This document shows, one piece after another, positions 54,280-63,271 of a stretch of DNA of 64,000 nucleotides (position 1 is its first letter; each line of letters opens with the position of its first letter). Source of the DNA: Pseudomonadota bacterium (GTDB lineage Bacteria; Bdellovibrionota_B; Oligoflexia; Silvanigrellales; Silvanigrellaceae); assembly GCA_039799905.1 (NCBI GenBank), contig JBDLRP010000045.1:1-64000 (forward strand), in the 5' to 3' direction. The position numbers were made by a program, and so were the translations under genes. The notes under the pieces are model-generated. The model was not told the origin of the DNA. It searched no databases and saw only the letters and a program-made list of their open reading frames with translations.

Positions 54280-55928
54280 TTGGGTCCTCCTCCGACCAGT
54301 TCTTTAACGAGATCTTCAAAAGAGACAATTTTTTCGACCTCAACAGAGTTGAGTTTGCGCAATTTTGCAACGACGGCGTCAGTCGGATTGCCAAACATGA
54401 CCAACACCGGTGCCATGCCGGATTTGACCTGCGAAAAGAGAAGGTCGTTGATGACGCCGACGTCTTTTTCTTGTTCCAGTCTGACAAGTGCGCCTTCGAC
54501 GGAAAGGGGATTCGGCAGAGTGCGTGACTGCAGATCGTCGAGGAATTCCTCCACTTTGTCGAATACAGTCAGCTCGGCCGCAAGTGTCGTATTGATTCTG
54601 GAGATGCGCGCGTTTTCAAGTTCCTCTTGAGTAATGCCCTGCGAGGTAAACTCGTTCCATGTTTTGGTTGCCAGCTTGACCGCCTCCACAAGGCGGTCGT
54701 TGGGACTTTGAAAGTTGAGTCGCCAGTAGGCGGTGTTTGTGTTGGGTTCAACCGCTTCCGGATCAAAGGTTGCGTTTGGGCTGTACGACAGCCCCGAGTC
54801 TGCACGCATGGCCTTTGAAAAACGGTCGTTGCCGATCACTCCTCCGGAGGCGCTGAACACTTCACGGAGCAGCGTCATGCGTGTCCGTTCAATGCGGTTG
54901 AGTTTGCCGATGTTTGGCAAATAATAGCGCAATGTGAGCGTCGCCTGTGTGAGGTCGGGCTTGCGGATAATTGTCATCCGCAGCTTTTCGTTGGCAGGGC
55001 GCTTCAGTCGCTCTGGCAGCCAAGTATAGGTGACCGGTGTGAGACGAGGAATTTTACGCATCAGTTCGAGGACACTTTTTTCCTGCTTTGCGGTTATGTT
55101 GCCTGAAAGAACCACGTTCAGTCCGGCACGGTTGATAAGCTGACTTGCAATGTTGCGAAGTTTGTCCTGCGAAACCTTATCAAGTTCGGGTTTGGACATA
55201 CGCGCGAGCGACTGCGCAAAATAGTGCTCCGAGCCAAATGCAAGGCGGATCGCCTCCTGCTCAATGAAGCGTCCTTGCTTGCGCGAGTTGCCGCCGTCAA
55301 GCATCGACTGAAACACGTCGCCCTGTTCCATTTTCCAAATTTCCAGCGCGTCCCTGTCGAAGCGGGGTCTGAGCAGCATGTCTTCAAGAGCAGTGATGGC
55401 AAGTGGAAAATCACCCGAGAGCATTTCAACAGTAATAAAGAACTGACCCAGCTGGCTTGTTCCGGTGTTGACCTGAATTCCATTGTCAGCGAGGAATTTT
55501 TGCAGTTCCTCGTAATTTCTTGAACCCGCGCCGCCTTGCAGAAACATATCAACTGTCGCGCTGAGATTAGTCCGCATATTGCGCGGCAGCGAATAGACCC
55601 CCGTCTCAAACAAAAAATCGAGCCTGATCTTTTTTCCTGTTTCGCCATAAATTGAATACAGCGATGCACCGCCGTCGACGGGAGTGCGTTCGTAGTTCAG
55701 CGAAGGCCAGACTATGCTTCGCCAGTTGAGTGGAACTGGTTTGCTGATGACCGCCGGCCGTTGGTTGTTGAGAGCTCCACCCGCACCCGATTGCGCGGTG
55801 GCCGCCAGCGGATCGGCAGAGGTTGCCAGCAATGAAACAAAAGTCATTCCGCTCTGGCGTAGGAAATTTTTCATCCGCCCCTTCAGAGGGGATGGTTCAC
55901 GGTGAGGGTTGTTCATAGAGTCTCTCAT
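54276..55928 (-). CDS. M16 peptidase family, non-catalytic subunit
   Basis: GGAGSR, L.RPRFD, RF...MRA..GLSY, GITQEELENA; lacks HxxEH. Confidence 0.8.
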   Translation of the reverse strand: MRDSMNNPHREPSPLKGRMKNFLRQSGMTFVSLLATSADPLAATAQSGAGGALNNQRPAVISKPVPLNWRSIVWPSLNYERTPVDGGASLYSIYGETGKKIRLDFLFETGVYSLPRNMRTNLSATVDMFLQGGAGSRNYEELQKFLADNGIQVNTGTSQLGQFFITVEMLSGDFPLAITALEDMLLRPRFDRDALEIWKMEQGDVFQSMLDGGNSRKQGRFIEQEAIRLAFGSEHYFAQSLARMSKPELDKVSQDKLRNIASQLINRAGLNVVLSGNITAKQEKSVLELMRKIPRLTPVTYTWLPERLKRPANEKLRMTIIRKPDLTQATLTLRYYLPNIGKLNRIERTRMTLLREVFSASGGVIGNDRFSKAMRADSGLSYSPNATFDPEAVEPNTNTAYWRLNFQSPNDRLVEAVKLATKTWNEFTSQGITQEELENARISRINTTLAAELTVFDKVEEFLDDLQSRTLPNPLSVEGALVRLEQEKDVGVINDLLFSQVKSGMAPVLVMFGNPTDAVVAKLRKLNSVEVEKIVSFEDLVKELVGGGPK

Positions 55929-57385
55929 TTCAGTGCCGCAGTTTTTTCGAATTCAGCACACGCGACCGATTTGCCGGGAGCAGTCACGCCTGTATGAAAG
56001 GCCTTTTTGGCGGAAAATGCCTCTTTGCCCCATGCCTGAAATTCTTTGGTTGTCAGTGCTTCCACGATTTTTTTCATCTGTGTGGAGACTTTAAAATCAC
56101 TATAAAAATATTCATTCCATTCATAGAACTCTACAAGACTTGTCATCTTCTGGGCGACTTCAGCCTCTTCGACTTCTTGTTGCTTGAGAATGACTTTTTT
56201 CAGCTCCGGGGTCAGCGGACGAGCAAGTGCCGCGTTGAGCTCTTTGTAAAAGAAATCGCGTGCCGCTTCAAACGACTGTTGTTTGTTTGTCTTGAACCAG
56301 GCCACATAAGGCTGCGACGATTTCTGCCAGGTTGTTTTGAACACAGCGAACGATGTGGCGAGTTTCAGTTTTGTCATCCGGCGCTGGATCGTGCCTTCGG
56401 GGTTGTCATTCAGCAACTGCATGAGAATCTGCGCAAGGATCGCCGAGCGGTAGGAGTTGTCGACTGACGGAAAGGTGATTGTGTGCTGTTCTTCGAAGAC
56501 ACTTTCACCGCAGGTGAAGGATTTGCCGGCGATTTCGCTCTCCGGCCTTTCGGCCCGACGGGGCGCCTGATTTTTAACCTTACCGTTCCAGTCTCCGAAT
56601 GCATCATTCACTTTCTTGAGTGCGGTTTCTACCTTGAATGGTCCGCCAATGATCAGCTGCGCGTTGTCGGGTGTGTAGAAGTCCCGATAAAAGGTGCGCG
56701 CATCCTCGATTGTCATGTTCTCGACATCGCGTTTAGCACCAATGGTAAACCACTCATAGGGCGTACCCTTGTAGGCCGTGCGGCGGAGAATTTCCTGCCC
56801 TCGCTGGAGCGGATCATTTTCATAACGGAGCCGCCGTTCTGAAATGACCGCACCTTTTTCAGTGGTGAAGTAGGGATCCTGCAGGTCGAGAAGTTTAAAT
56901 CTTTGCGCTTCGAGCTCGAGCATTCTATCCAAAGCCGGCCCGGGAAATGTCGACTCATAAACAACATAGTCAGTGCTGGTACCGGCATTTCCGCGTCCGC
57001 CGACGCCCGCAAGAATTCTGTCGTAGTGGCCTTCGGGCGAAACCTGCGTTTTGCGGAACATCATGTGTTCAAAGAAGTGCGCCAGTCCCGTTGTTCCAAG
57101 TTTTTCACGGTTGCTTCCGGCATCGAGTTTGATGCGCAGTGTGGCCAGAGGATTACGGTTGTCCGGCAAAATGAGCACTTTCATGCCGTTTGCCAGCTTG
57201 AATTTGTAAAGTTCGGGAGTTCCCTCGATAGCCTTGCCAGCAGTAACGAAAGTCACTCCGTCGGGCATCGATGAAATGGTTCTGGCGCTTTGGCTGTTCT
57301 TGGCCGCCGCCGTGTTGCCCTGAGCGGCCGGGTGCGTACAGATGGCTAAAATAACGATGCTCAGCTTGCAGCTGCTGGTCTTCAT
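55925..57385 (-). CDS. M16 zinc peptidase, catalytic subunit
   Basis: LANGMKV, GS..E..G.TGLAHFFEHMMF, NAGTS.D, E...V.SERR, FY..FY.PDNA; signal peptide. Confidence 0.92.
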   Translation of the reverse strand: MKTSSCKLSIVILAICTHPAAQGNTAAAKNSQSARTISSMPDGVTFVTAGKAIEGTPELYKFKLANGMKVLILPDNRNPLATLRIKLDAGSNREKLGTTGLAHFFEHMMFRKTQVSPEGHYDRILAGVGGRGNAGTSTDYVVYESTFPGPALDRMLELEAQRFKLLDLQDPYFTTEKGAVISERRLRYENDPLQRGQEILRRTAYKGTPYEWFTIGAKRDVENMTIEDARTFYRDFYTPDNAQLIIGGPFKVETALKKVNDAFGDWNGKVKNQAPRRAERPESEIAGKSFTCGESVFEEQHTITFPSVDNSYRSAILAQILMQLLNDNPEGTIQRRMTKLKLATSFAVFKTTWQKSSQPYVAWFKTNKQQSFEAARDFFYKELNAALARPLTPELKKVILKQQEVEEAEVAQKMTSLVEFYEWNEYFYSDFKVSTQMKKIVEALTTKEFQAWGKEAFSAKKAFHTGVTAPGKSVACAEFEKTAALK

Positions 57386-57417
57386 TTTTTGAGTCTCCAA
57401 ACGACGGGGGCGTTTGA

Positions 57418-58857
57418 TTATTTTTGCTGAGTCAGGCCGATGCTGCGCAGTCGCTGACCACGTTCGAGACGCGCTCGGATTTGCACCGTCTGCTCTGCCA
57501 TGTCAGGTTTGCCGAGCAAGGCAAACATGTTGGTTTTGTAGTTTTCAACTCCGGGCTGATCAAAAGGATTGATTCCGCGCGCCAGTCCGCCGACGCCACA
57601 GGCGAACATATTGGTGTACATCCAGTAGCCCATCCAAAATGCCGACAGCTCGGGAATGTCCCAGATGAGCGTCGGTACACCGCCGTCAGCGTGTGCGAGA
57701 CTGGTGCCCGAGATTGCTTCGGATTGCACTTGTTCGAAGTTTTGTCCGTTCAGGTAGTCGAAACCATCAGCCAGTCCGGCCTGCGGAATACGCACTTTCC
57801 GTTTTTGTGCTCCGCGGCTCAGTGAAGATTCATCGAGCACGCGCATGTGGGTGGCGAACAGGTGGCGCTCGCCCTCTTGAAAATACTGCCCCATCGAATG
57901 CAGGTCGGTTGTAAACTGGGCGCTCGCCGGAAAGAGTCCGGTGTTGCCCTTGCCATCGCTTTCGCCGAACAACTGTTTCCACCATTCCGAAATCGATCGG
58001 AGTTTTGGTGTCCAGTGACACAGGGCCTCGATTTTGAATCCCTCTTTATACAGGCTGTTGCGGATTGCAGCGTAGCAGAGTGCAGGGTTTGTCTCGATCG
58101 CTTCATTTTTTTCGCTTGTGCAGTCGGCACGAGCCTGCCGGGCTCCTTCAACGAACTGTTGCACGTCGATACCGGCGACTGCGAGCGGCAACAGTCCGAC
58201 AGCTGTGAAAATTGAATAGCGGCCACCGATGTTGCGCGGGATAGTGAGCGTTGGATAATTGTGTGTCTTTGCCAGCCTGAGCAGCGTACCGCTTTCGGGA
58301 TCGGTGATGGCAAAGATGCGCGCTGAGGCCTCGCGGGCTCCGAAACGGTCATCGAGATATTGCTTCAATACGCGGAAAGCCAGAGCGGGCTCGGTTGTTG
58401 TTCCTGATTTTGAAACAACCAAAATGCTCGGTGAAAATTGATCGAGCAAATCGAGCAATTCACTCAGCTCGTCTGTGGCGACGTGGTGTCCTGCCCAAAG
58501 CAAGAGTGGGCGGCGCTGAAATTGCGCTGGGTTTGCGAGCGCAAATGAGTGCGACAGTGCCTCGTAAACCGCCTTCGTTCCCAGAAGACTGCCACCGATT
58601 CCAATGACCACGAGTGCATCCGAGTGCGATGCAATGCGCTCGGAGAGCGTTTTGACTTCGGTCAGCAATTTTGGTGCGTGATCTTCAACCCAGTGAACCC
58701 AACCCATGAAGTCGGAACCCTTGCCGCTGCCTCCGGCAAGCGATTTTTTTGCGCTTACAATCTGCGGCATAGATTCGTTCAGTTGTCTTTCAAGCGGAAC
58801 GACATCGTGGGCTTTTGTCCAATCAAGAGCAATTCGTTTGCTATCTGCCGCAGGCAT
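57418..58857 (-). CDS. pgi: Glucose-6-phosphate isomerase
   Basis: IGIGGSLLG, SKSGTTTEP, GGRYS, QLFGESDGK, DLHSMGQ, NPFDQPGVENYK. Confidence 0.97.
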   Translation of the reverse strand: MPAADSKRIALDWTKAHDVVPLERQLNESMPQIVSAKKSLAGGSGKGSDFMGWVHWVEDHAPKLLTEVKTLSERIASHSDALVVIGIGGSLLGTKAVYEALSHSFALANPAQFQRRPLLLWAGHHVATDELSELLDLLDQFSPSILVVSKSGTTTEPALAFRVLKQYLDDRFGAREASARIFAITDPESGTLLRLAKTHNYPTLTIPRNIGGRYSIFTAVGLLPLAVAGIDVQQFVEGARQARADCTSEKNEAIETNPALCYAAIRNSLYKEGFKIEALCHWTPKLRSISEWWKQLFGESDGKGNTGLFPASAQFTTDLHSMGQYFQEGERHLFATHMRVLDESSLSRGAQKRKVRIPQAGLADGFDYLNGQNFEQVQSEAISGTSLAHADGGVPTLIWDIPELSAFWMGYWMYTNMFACGVGGLARGINPFDQPGVENYKTNMFALLGKPDMAEQTVQIRARLERGQRLRSIGLTQQK

Positions 58858-58947
58858 CGTCTATGACCTCATGCTGGAAAAGAGGGTTGGAAACAGATAG
58901 AAAGTTCTAACAGCCCCTTTTACGGTAGGCAATCGAAAGGACCTGAG

Positions 58948-60261
58948 ATGAATGCGTTCGGGCAGAGGCGATTTAGGAACATTCTGATGACCGGACTGCC
59001 CGGTGTGGGAAAATCCACTTTCGGCAAAGCCTATGCACAAATGTCGCGCACAGAGTTCGTTGAATTGGACACGTATGTGGAAAAGCTTGCGGGAAAGTCG
59101 GTGAGCGAGATTTTTCAACAGGATGGCGAACAGGCCTTCAGGGAGCTGGAGGCTCAATGTCTTGAACGTCTTTTACGCAGGCAACGCTGCACAATCGCTC
59201 TCGGCGGCGGCACTTTGACCAGCCCCCGCTCGATGGCGCTTGCACGCGAGCTTGGTTGTATTGTGTTTCTGAGTGCACCCGTAGAGATCATCGCAGAGCG
59301 TCTCTGGCCTCAAAAAGACAGTCGGCCGTTGCTCGCGGACTGTGAAACAAAAGAACAAATTGTTGAGCGGCTTAAAAAACTCTTTGAAGATCGCCATACC
59401 AGCTACGAAGCTGCAGACCTGATCTTGGAAACAACCCACAGTTCAGTGGACACACTCAAAGTGGAGTTGGGCTGGCTTGAACGAAATGTTCTAAATACGG
59501 AAACGAAGTTGGGCTTGGAGAATGAAAATGCGGTCGCGAGTGTGCAAGCGCAAAGCCGGCAAATTCCGCTTGCAGATCCAAATTATAGGTCACCGCGCGA
59601 ACAAAAACCTGGCCGTGACTCAGGTGAAAAAATTGAGCGGTTGTTGAAGGCACAGCGTCACAAAGAGCGCAGCGAAAAGCGCGAGCGATCCGACAAAAAA
59701 GACAGGCGTCCTGCGGGCACACCGCCACCACAGAGCGGGGGCGATCAGCGTCCGCGCAACGAAGCCCAGGGTGGCGGCGGTCCACGCCCGCGCAATGAAG
59801 TTCAAGGTGGTGAACAACGTTCGCGCAACGAAGCGCAAAGTGGCAGCGGACCTCGCCCTCGCAATGAGGTTCAAGGCGCTGGTGAACAGCGTCCGCGCAA
59901 CGAAGCTCAAGGTGGCGGCGGGCCTCGTCCGCGCAACGAAGCTCAAGGTGGCGGCGGGCCTCGTCCGCGCAACGAAGCTCAAGGTGGCGGCGGACCTCGT
60001 CCGCGCAACGAAGCTCAAGGTGGCGGCGGACCTCGTCCGCGTAACGAAGCTCAAGGTGGCAGCGGACCTCGTCCGCGCGACGAAGCTCAAGGTGGCGGCG
60101 GACCTCGACCGCGTAACGAAGCTCAAGGTGGCGGCGGACCTCGACCGCGTAACGAAGCGCAGGGCAGCGGACCCCGTCCGCGCAACGAATCAAAGTCCGT
60201 CGTCAGCGAGGGAGGAGCCAACTCCTCATCTGATGAATCCGGTACGGCGACACGCGATTAA
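58948..60261 (+). CDS. aroK: Shikimate kinase with long disordered repeat C-terminal tail
   Basis: GLPGVGKST, IF..DGE.AFRELE, ALGGG, RPLL, R...YE; about 250 additional low-complexity residues. Confidence 0.88.
   Translation: MNAFGQRRFRNILMTGLPGVGKSTFGKAYAQMSRTEFVELDTYVEKLAGKSVSEIFQQDGEQAFRELEAQCLERLLRRQRCTIALGGGTLTSPRSMALARELGCIVFLSAPVEIIAERLWPQKDSRPLLADCETKEQIVERLKKLFEDRHTSYEAADLILETTHSSVDTLKVELGWLERNVLNTETKLGLENENAVASVQAQSRQIPLADPNYRSPREQKPGRDSGEKIERLLKAQRHKERSEKRERSDKKDRRPAGTPPPQSGGDQRPRNEAQGGGGPRPRNEVQGGEQRSRNEAQSGSGPRPRNEVQGAGEQRPRNEAQGGGGPRPRNEAQGGGGPRPRNEAQGGGGPRPRNEAQGGGGPRPRNEAQGGSGPRPRDEAQGGGGPRPRNEAQGGGGPRPRNEAQGSGPRPRNESKSVVSEGGANSSSDESGTATRD
59749..60189 (+). repeat. Intragenic tandem repeat, ~13 units of 33-36 bp (RPRNEAQGGGGP)
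   Basis: CGTCCGCGCAACGAAGCTCAAGGTGGCGGCGG(A/G)CCT units at 59890, 59926, 59962, 59998, 60034, 60070, 60106 and 60142, with degenerate flanking units; no spacers. Confidence 0.95.
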
Positions 60262-61736
60262 TTTTGCGCGAACCGCGCCCAGCTGCGCAGATAAGTGTAG
60301 CCCATCTTCAATTGATAATCGTTCTTAAGATTAGCAGGCCACTTGTCGATGTCGGTCGAAAATCCAAAATTCTGCTGAGTCGTCGATAAGTCGGTTCCCT
60401 CGATATGACCCTCAAGATCAACCTCCTTACGTCCCCCTTTCGATGAAACCTGCGGGGCATCTTCGTCCTTGAGGACATCACTTGTCGATGATGGGTTGGC
60501 CTTGGCGGCAGTGCGAGCACTCGGATTTGCGGGAAGAGTGACGTCGGGAGTGATTCCTTTTGCCTGAATACTTCTACCACTGGGAGTGTAATAACGCGCG
60601 ACTGTCATTTTGAGTCCCGCACCATTGGGCAAGGGAATAATCGACTGCACGCTACCTTTGCCGAAGGTTGGCATGCCAACAATCAATGCTCGGTTGTGAT
60701 CCTGAAGCGCACCGGCAACAATCTCAGATGCACTCGCGGAAGCCTCGTTCACCAAAACAACCATCGGCATATAGGGGTGAGTTTGTCGCTTGCTGGCATA
60801 CTCAACTTCCTGCCGAGCGCGGTCACGACCAACCGTGGAAACAATGATTCCGGAGTCCAAAAACAAATCGGTCAGACGCACTGCCTGATCAAGCAGCCCG
60901 CCGGGATTGCTGCGCAGGTCAAGAATTAGCCCCTGCAGTTTTCCTTTGTTTTCGGCTTCGTACTGGCGGAGAATTTTATCAACCTGATCGCTTGTGTCTT
61001 CCTGAAATACACCAACCCTGATGTACGCGTATCCACCGAACAGGTTGTGGTGTGCAACGCTCGTGCTCTTGATGATTTCGCGCACGATTTGCAGCGACCG
61101 TGGTTTTGGGCGCACAGTTTTGCCGGCGGTGATTTCCGCCGCAGGCTGAACCTCGAGTCGAACACTCGAACCAGGCAGACCACGCAGTTTGTTGAGAACT
61201 TCTTCGATGTTGTTTTTGGTGATGGTCACGCCGTCGACCGAAAGAATCGTGTCGCCGGCCTGAAGTTTTGCCTTCGCTGCAGGTGTATCCGGAACGACCT
61301 CAATGATTTCGAGCCGGCCGTTCTGCTGGGTGAGCACCACGCCGATGCCACCGAACTTTCCGGATGTGTCGTTCGTCAGTTCGCGCAGCTGCTGTGCGGG
61401 CAAGTAGGATGTATGAGGGTCAAGCGATGCAACCATGCCCTTGAGAGCCCGCTCAACCAGAGCTTCGCTGGAAACCGCTTTTTCGTCGACGTACATGGTC
61501 TCAAGGTGGTTGAGAACACGGCTGAACGACTCCAGCGCCTGAAATTTCTTGTTGCGCAATTCGAGAGTCTCGGCCGGAGATTCCGTTTTTGATGGTGCGG
61601 GAGACTTGTTGGGCTCGCCTTTCGAAGGCGTCTGGTTTTGTGTGTTTGCCAGTGCTAAATTTCCGGTAATATTCGGAAAAAGAGTGCTTCCGAGGAGAAG
61701 TGGCAGGACGATCTTCTGCAACAGGCACTGGCTCAT
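60258..61736 (-). CDS. ctpA: Carboxyl-terminal processing protease (S41)
   Basis: LDPHT.Y, FGGIG PDZ, DLRSNPGGLL, SASASEIVAGALQD, TFGKGSVQ, ARYYTPSG.SIQ..GI.PD. Confidence 0.95.
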   Translation of the reverse strand: MSQCLLQKIVLPLLLGSTLFPNITGNLALANTQNQTPSKGEPNKSPAPSKTESPAETLELRNKKFQALESFSRVLNHLETMYVDEKAVSSEALVERALKGMVASLDPHTSYLPAQQLRELTNDTSGKFGGIGVVLTQQNGRLEIIEVVPDTPAAKAKLQAGDTILSVDGVTITKNNIEEVLNKLRGLPGSSVRLEVQPAAEITAGKTVRPKPRSLQIVREIIKSTSVAHHNLFGGYAYIRVGVFQEDTSDQVDKILRQYEAENKGKLQGLILDLRSNPGGLLDQAVRLTDLFLDSGIIVSTVGRDRARQEVEYASKRQTHPYMPMVVLVNEASASASEIVAGALQDHNRALIVGMPTFGKGSVQSIIPLPNGAGLKMTVARYYTPSGRSIQAKGITPDVTLPANPSARTAAKANPSSTSDVLKDEDAPQVSSKGGRKEVDLEGHIEGTDLSTTQQNFGFSTDIDKWPANLKNDYQLKMGYTYLRSWARFAQN

Positions 61737-61877
61737 AGTGTATTCTCCGAATTTTTCCCAATTGTGACTGTATGTTGAGCTGAGGTCAAGCGGAAGTCTG
61801 GGGTTGGTAATTCAATTATTCTAAACTATTTTTTTCATTATTCCGATGCGATGCATACATTAGGGAGGACCAGCCGG

Positions 61878-62384
61878 ATGCATGTTGTTCGGAGTCTGAT
61901 ACTTGTTGCACGCACGGCGGGCTTTGTGGGGCTGTCGACCTTCGCGCTGATTGCGTGTGGTCAACAACAGCAGGGTCCTGTGCTTGCCGGCGAGCGGCAG
62001 TCACAATCGGTGCGCGCGGAGTCCGAATCACTCACGGCTCGTCCACTCGCTGCTGCACGTTCCTCCGACGAAGGCGGGAACGCTCAGGCGGCTATCAAGA
62101 TCGAAGTCTTTTCGAAACAAATTGAACCACTCACACTGCAGCGCGGTGGAAATGTCAAAGTTTCCGTTCCGCTCTCTGATTCTATTTCGGCGACCGGCCG
62201 TGTCCGAAGCATTGAGTTCCAGTCGCCCAGTGAAGCTTTGCGCACGTCTGTGGTCGCTGGTCGAACGCTGAATCTCGTGGTTGCTGAAGATGCTCCAGAG
62301 GGGCACCACAGTGGTCGCGTCGTCATTCGCTTGGATAATGGCAGTGTAGCATCACAACCGGTCAGCGTTACAGTAATCCCTTAA
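61878..62384 (+). CDS. Hypothetical lipoprotein with Ig-like C-terminal domain
   Basis: GGGAGG RBS, lipobox LIAC, V..DAP.G.H.G.V.I....G......V.VTV beta pattern. Confidence 0.7.
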   Translation: MHVVRSLILVARTAGFVGLSTFALIACGQQQQGPVLAGERQSQSVRAESESLTARPLAAARSSDEGGNAQAAIKIEVFSKQIEPLTLQRGGNVKVSVPLSDSISATGRVRSIEFQSPSEALRTSVVAGRTLNLVVAEDAPEGHHSGRVVIRLDNGSVASQPVSVTVIP

Positions 62385-63261
62385 TCATTCTGAAAACTGA
62401 CAACAATTTATGCGGCGAAAGTTCTTCCGGGCGTTGTGTGAAATGAACACCCAACTCCTCGGAAGCTTTGCGTTCCAGCAGTGCCGCCGCGTCGTCGTTG
62501 AATTTGGCGCCGTGCATTTCATTGGCGATATGCGAAAGGGTCTTGCGAAGCATTTTTCGTCTGGCACTAAAAAGGGTTGCAGTGAATCGGCCGAATGTTT
62601 CGTTTTCTGTTTCGAGCAGCGACGGCTTTTCCAGAGGTACCAGCTCGACCACCGCAGAATCTACCTTTGGTGGCGGAACGAACGCCTTTGCCGGGGCGAT
62701 GAGAACTTGCTCGACGTCACAACTGAGTTGAGCCCTGACTGTCAAACGCCCATAACTGCTGTCGCCGGGTGCTGAAGACAGCCGCTCGCACACCTCTTTC
62801 TGCACCATCAACAATGCAGCCGAAAAGTTCTTTTGCCTTGCCAAAAACCAAAACAAAATGTCGCTGGTGATGTAGTAGGGGATGTTTCCAATGCACAGTG
62901 GAGTGTTCGCTTTGAGGTGAGCGAACTGATGCGTATCTGTCCGGAGGATGTCGGCCTCGAGAACAGAAAAGCGGTCTTTGAATTCTTCACCCAGACTGAG
63001 CTTCAGCCCCTGCACTGCGCGCGGATCTTTCTCAATTGCGCAAACGGTCCAGCCCGCCTCGAGCAGTTTTCGCGTGAGTGCGCCCGAGCCGGGACCTATC
63101 TCAATGCAGGCACGGGCTGACCTGTCCGCATGTCTTTCTGCACGGGCGACAATGGCGGCAAGAATTGATTGATCGGCGAGAAAATTTTGGCCGAGATTTT
63201 TTTTTGTCTCGAGTTCAAAGGAAAATCCATCGCCGCGTGCAATGCGCTTATTCTGTTTCAT
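62368..63261 (-). CDS. rsmA: 16S rRNA m6,2A dimethyltransferase RsmA/KsgA
   Basis: KKNLGQNFL, EIGPG.GALT, GNIPYYIT, MVQKEV, F.PPPKVDS. Confidence 0.96.
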   Translation of the reverse strand: MKQNKRIARGDGFSFELETKKNLGQNFLADQSILAAIVARAERHADRSARACIEIGPGSGALTRKLLEAGWTVCAIEKDPRAVQGLKLSLGEEFKDRFSVLEADILRTDTHQFAHLKANTPLCIGNIPYYITSDILFWFLARQKNFSAALLMVQKEVCERLSSAPGDSSYGRLTVRAQLSCDVEQVLIAPAKAFVPPPKVDSAVVELVPLEKPSLLETENETFGRFTATLFSARRKMLRKTLSHIANEMHGAKFNDDAAALLERKASEELGVHFTQRPEELSPHKLLSVFRMIKGLL

Positions 63262-63271
63262 TATCGAACTT

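Noticed and set aside
59749..60189. 36-bp repeats as a CRISPR array
   Set aside because: Units are contiguous with no unique spacers, stay in frame within aroK, and no cas genes are present.
59456..60328. Alternative-frame and antisense repeat ORFs (245, 168 and 185 aa)
   Set aside because: They are by-products of a stop-free tandem repeat whose unit length is a multiple of 3; no RBS or independent features.
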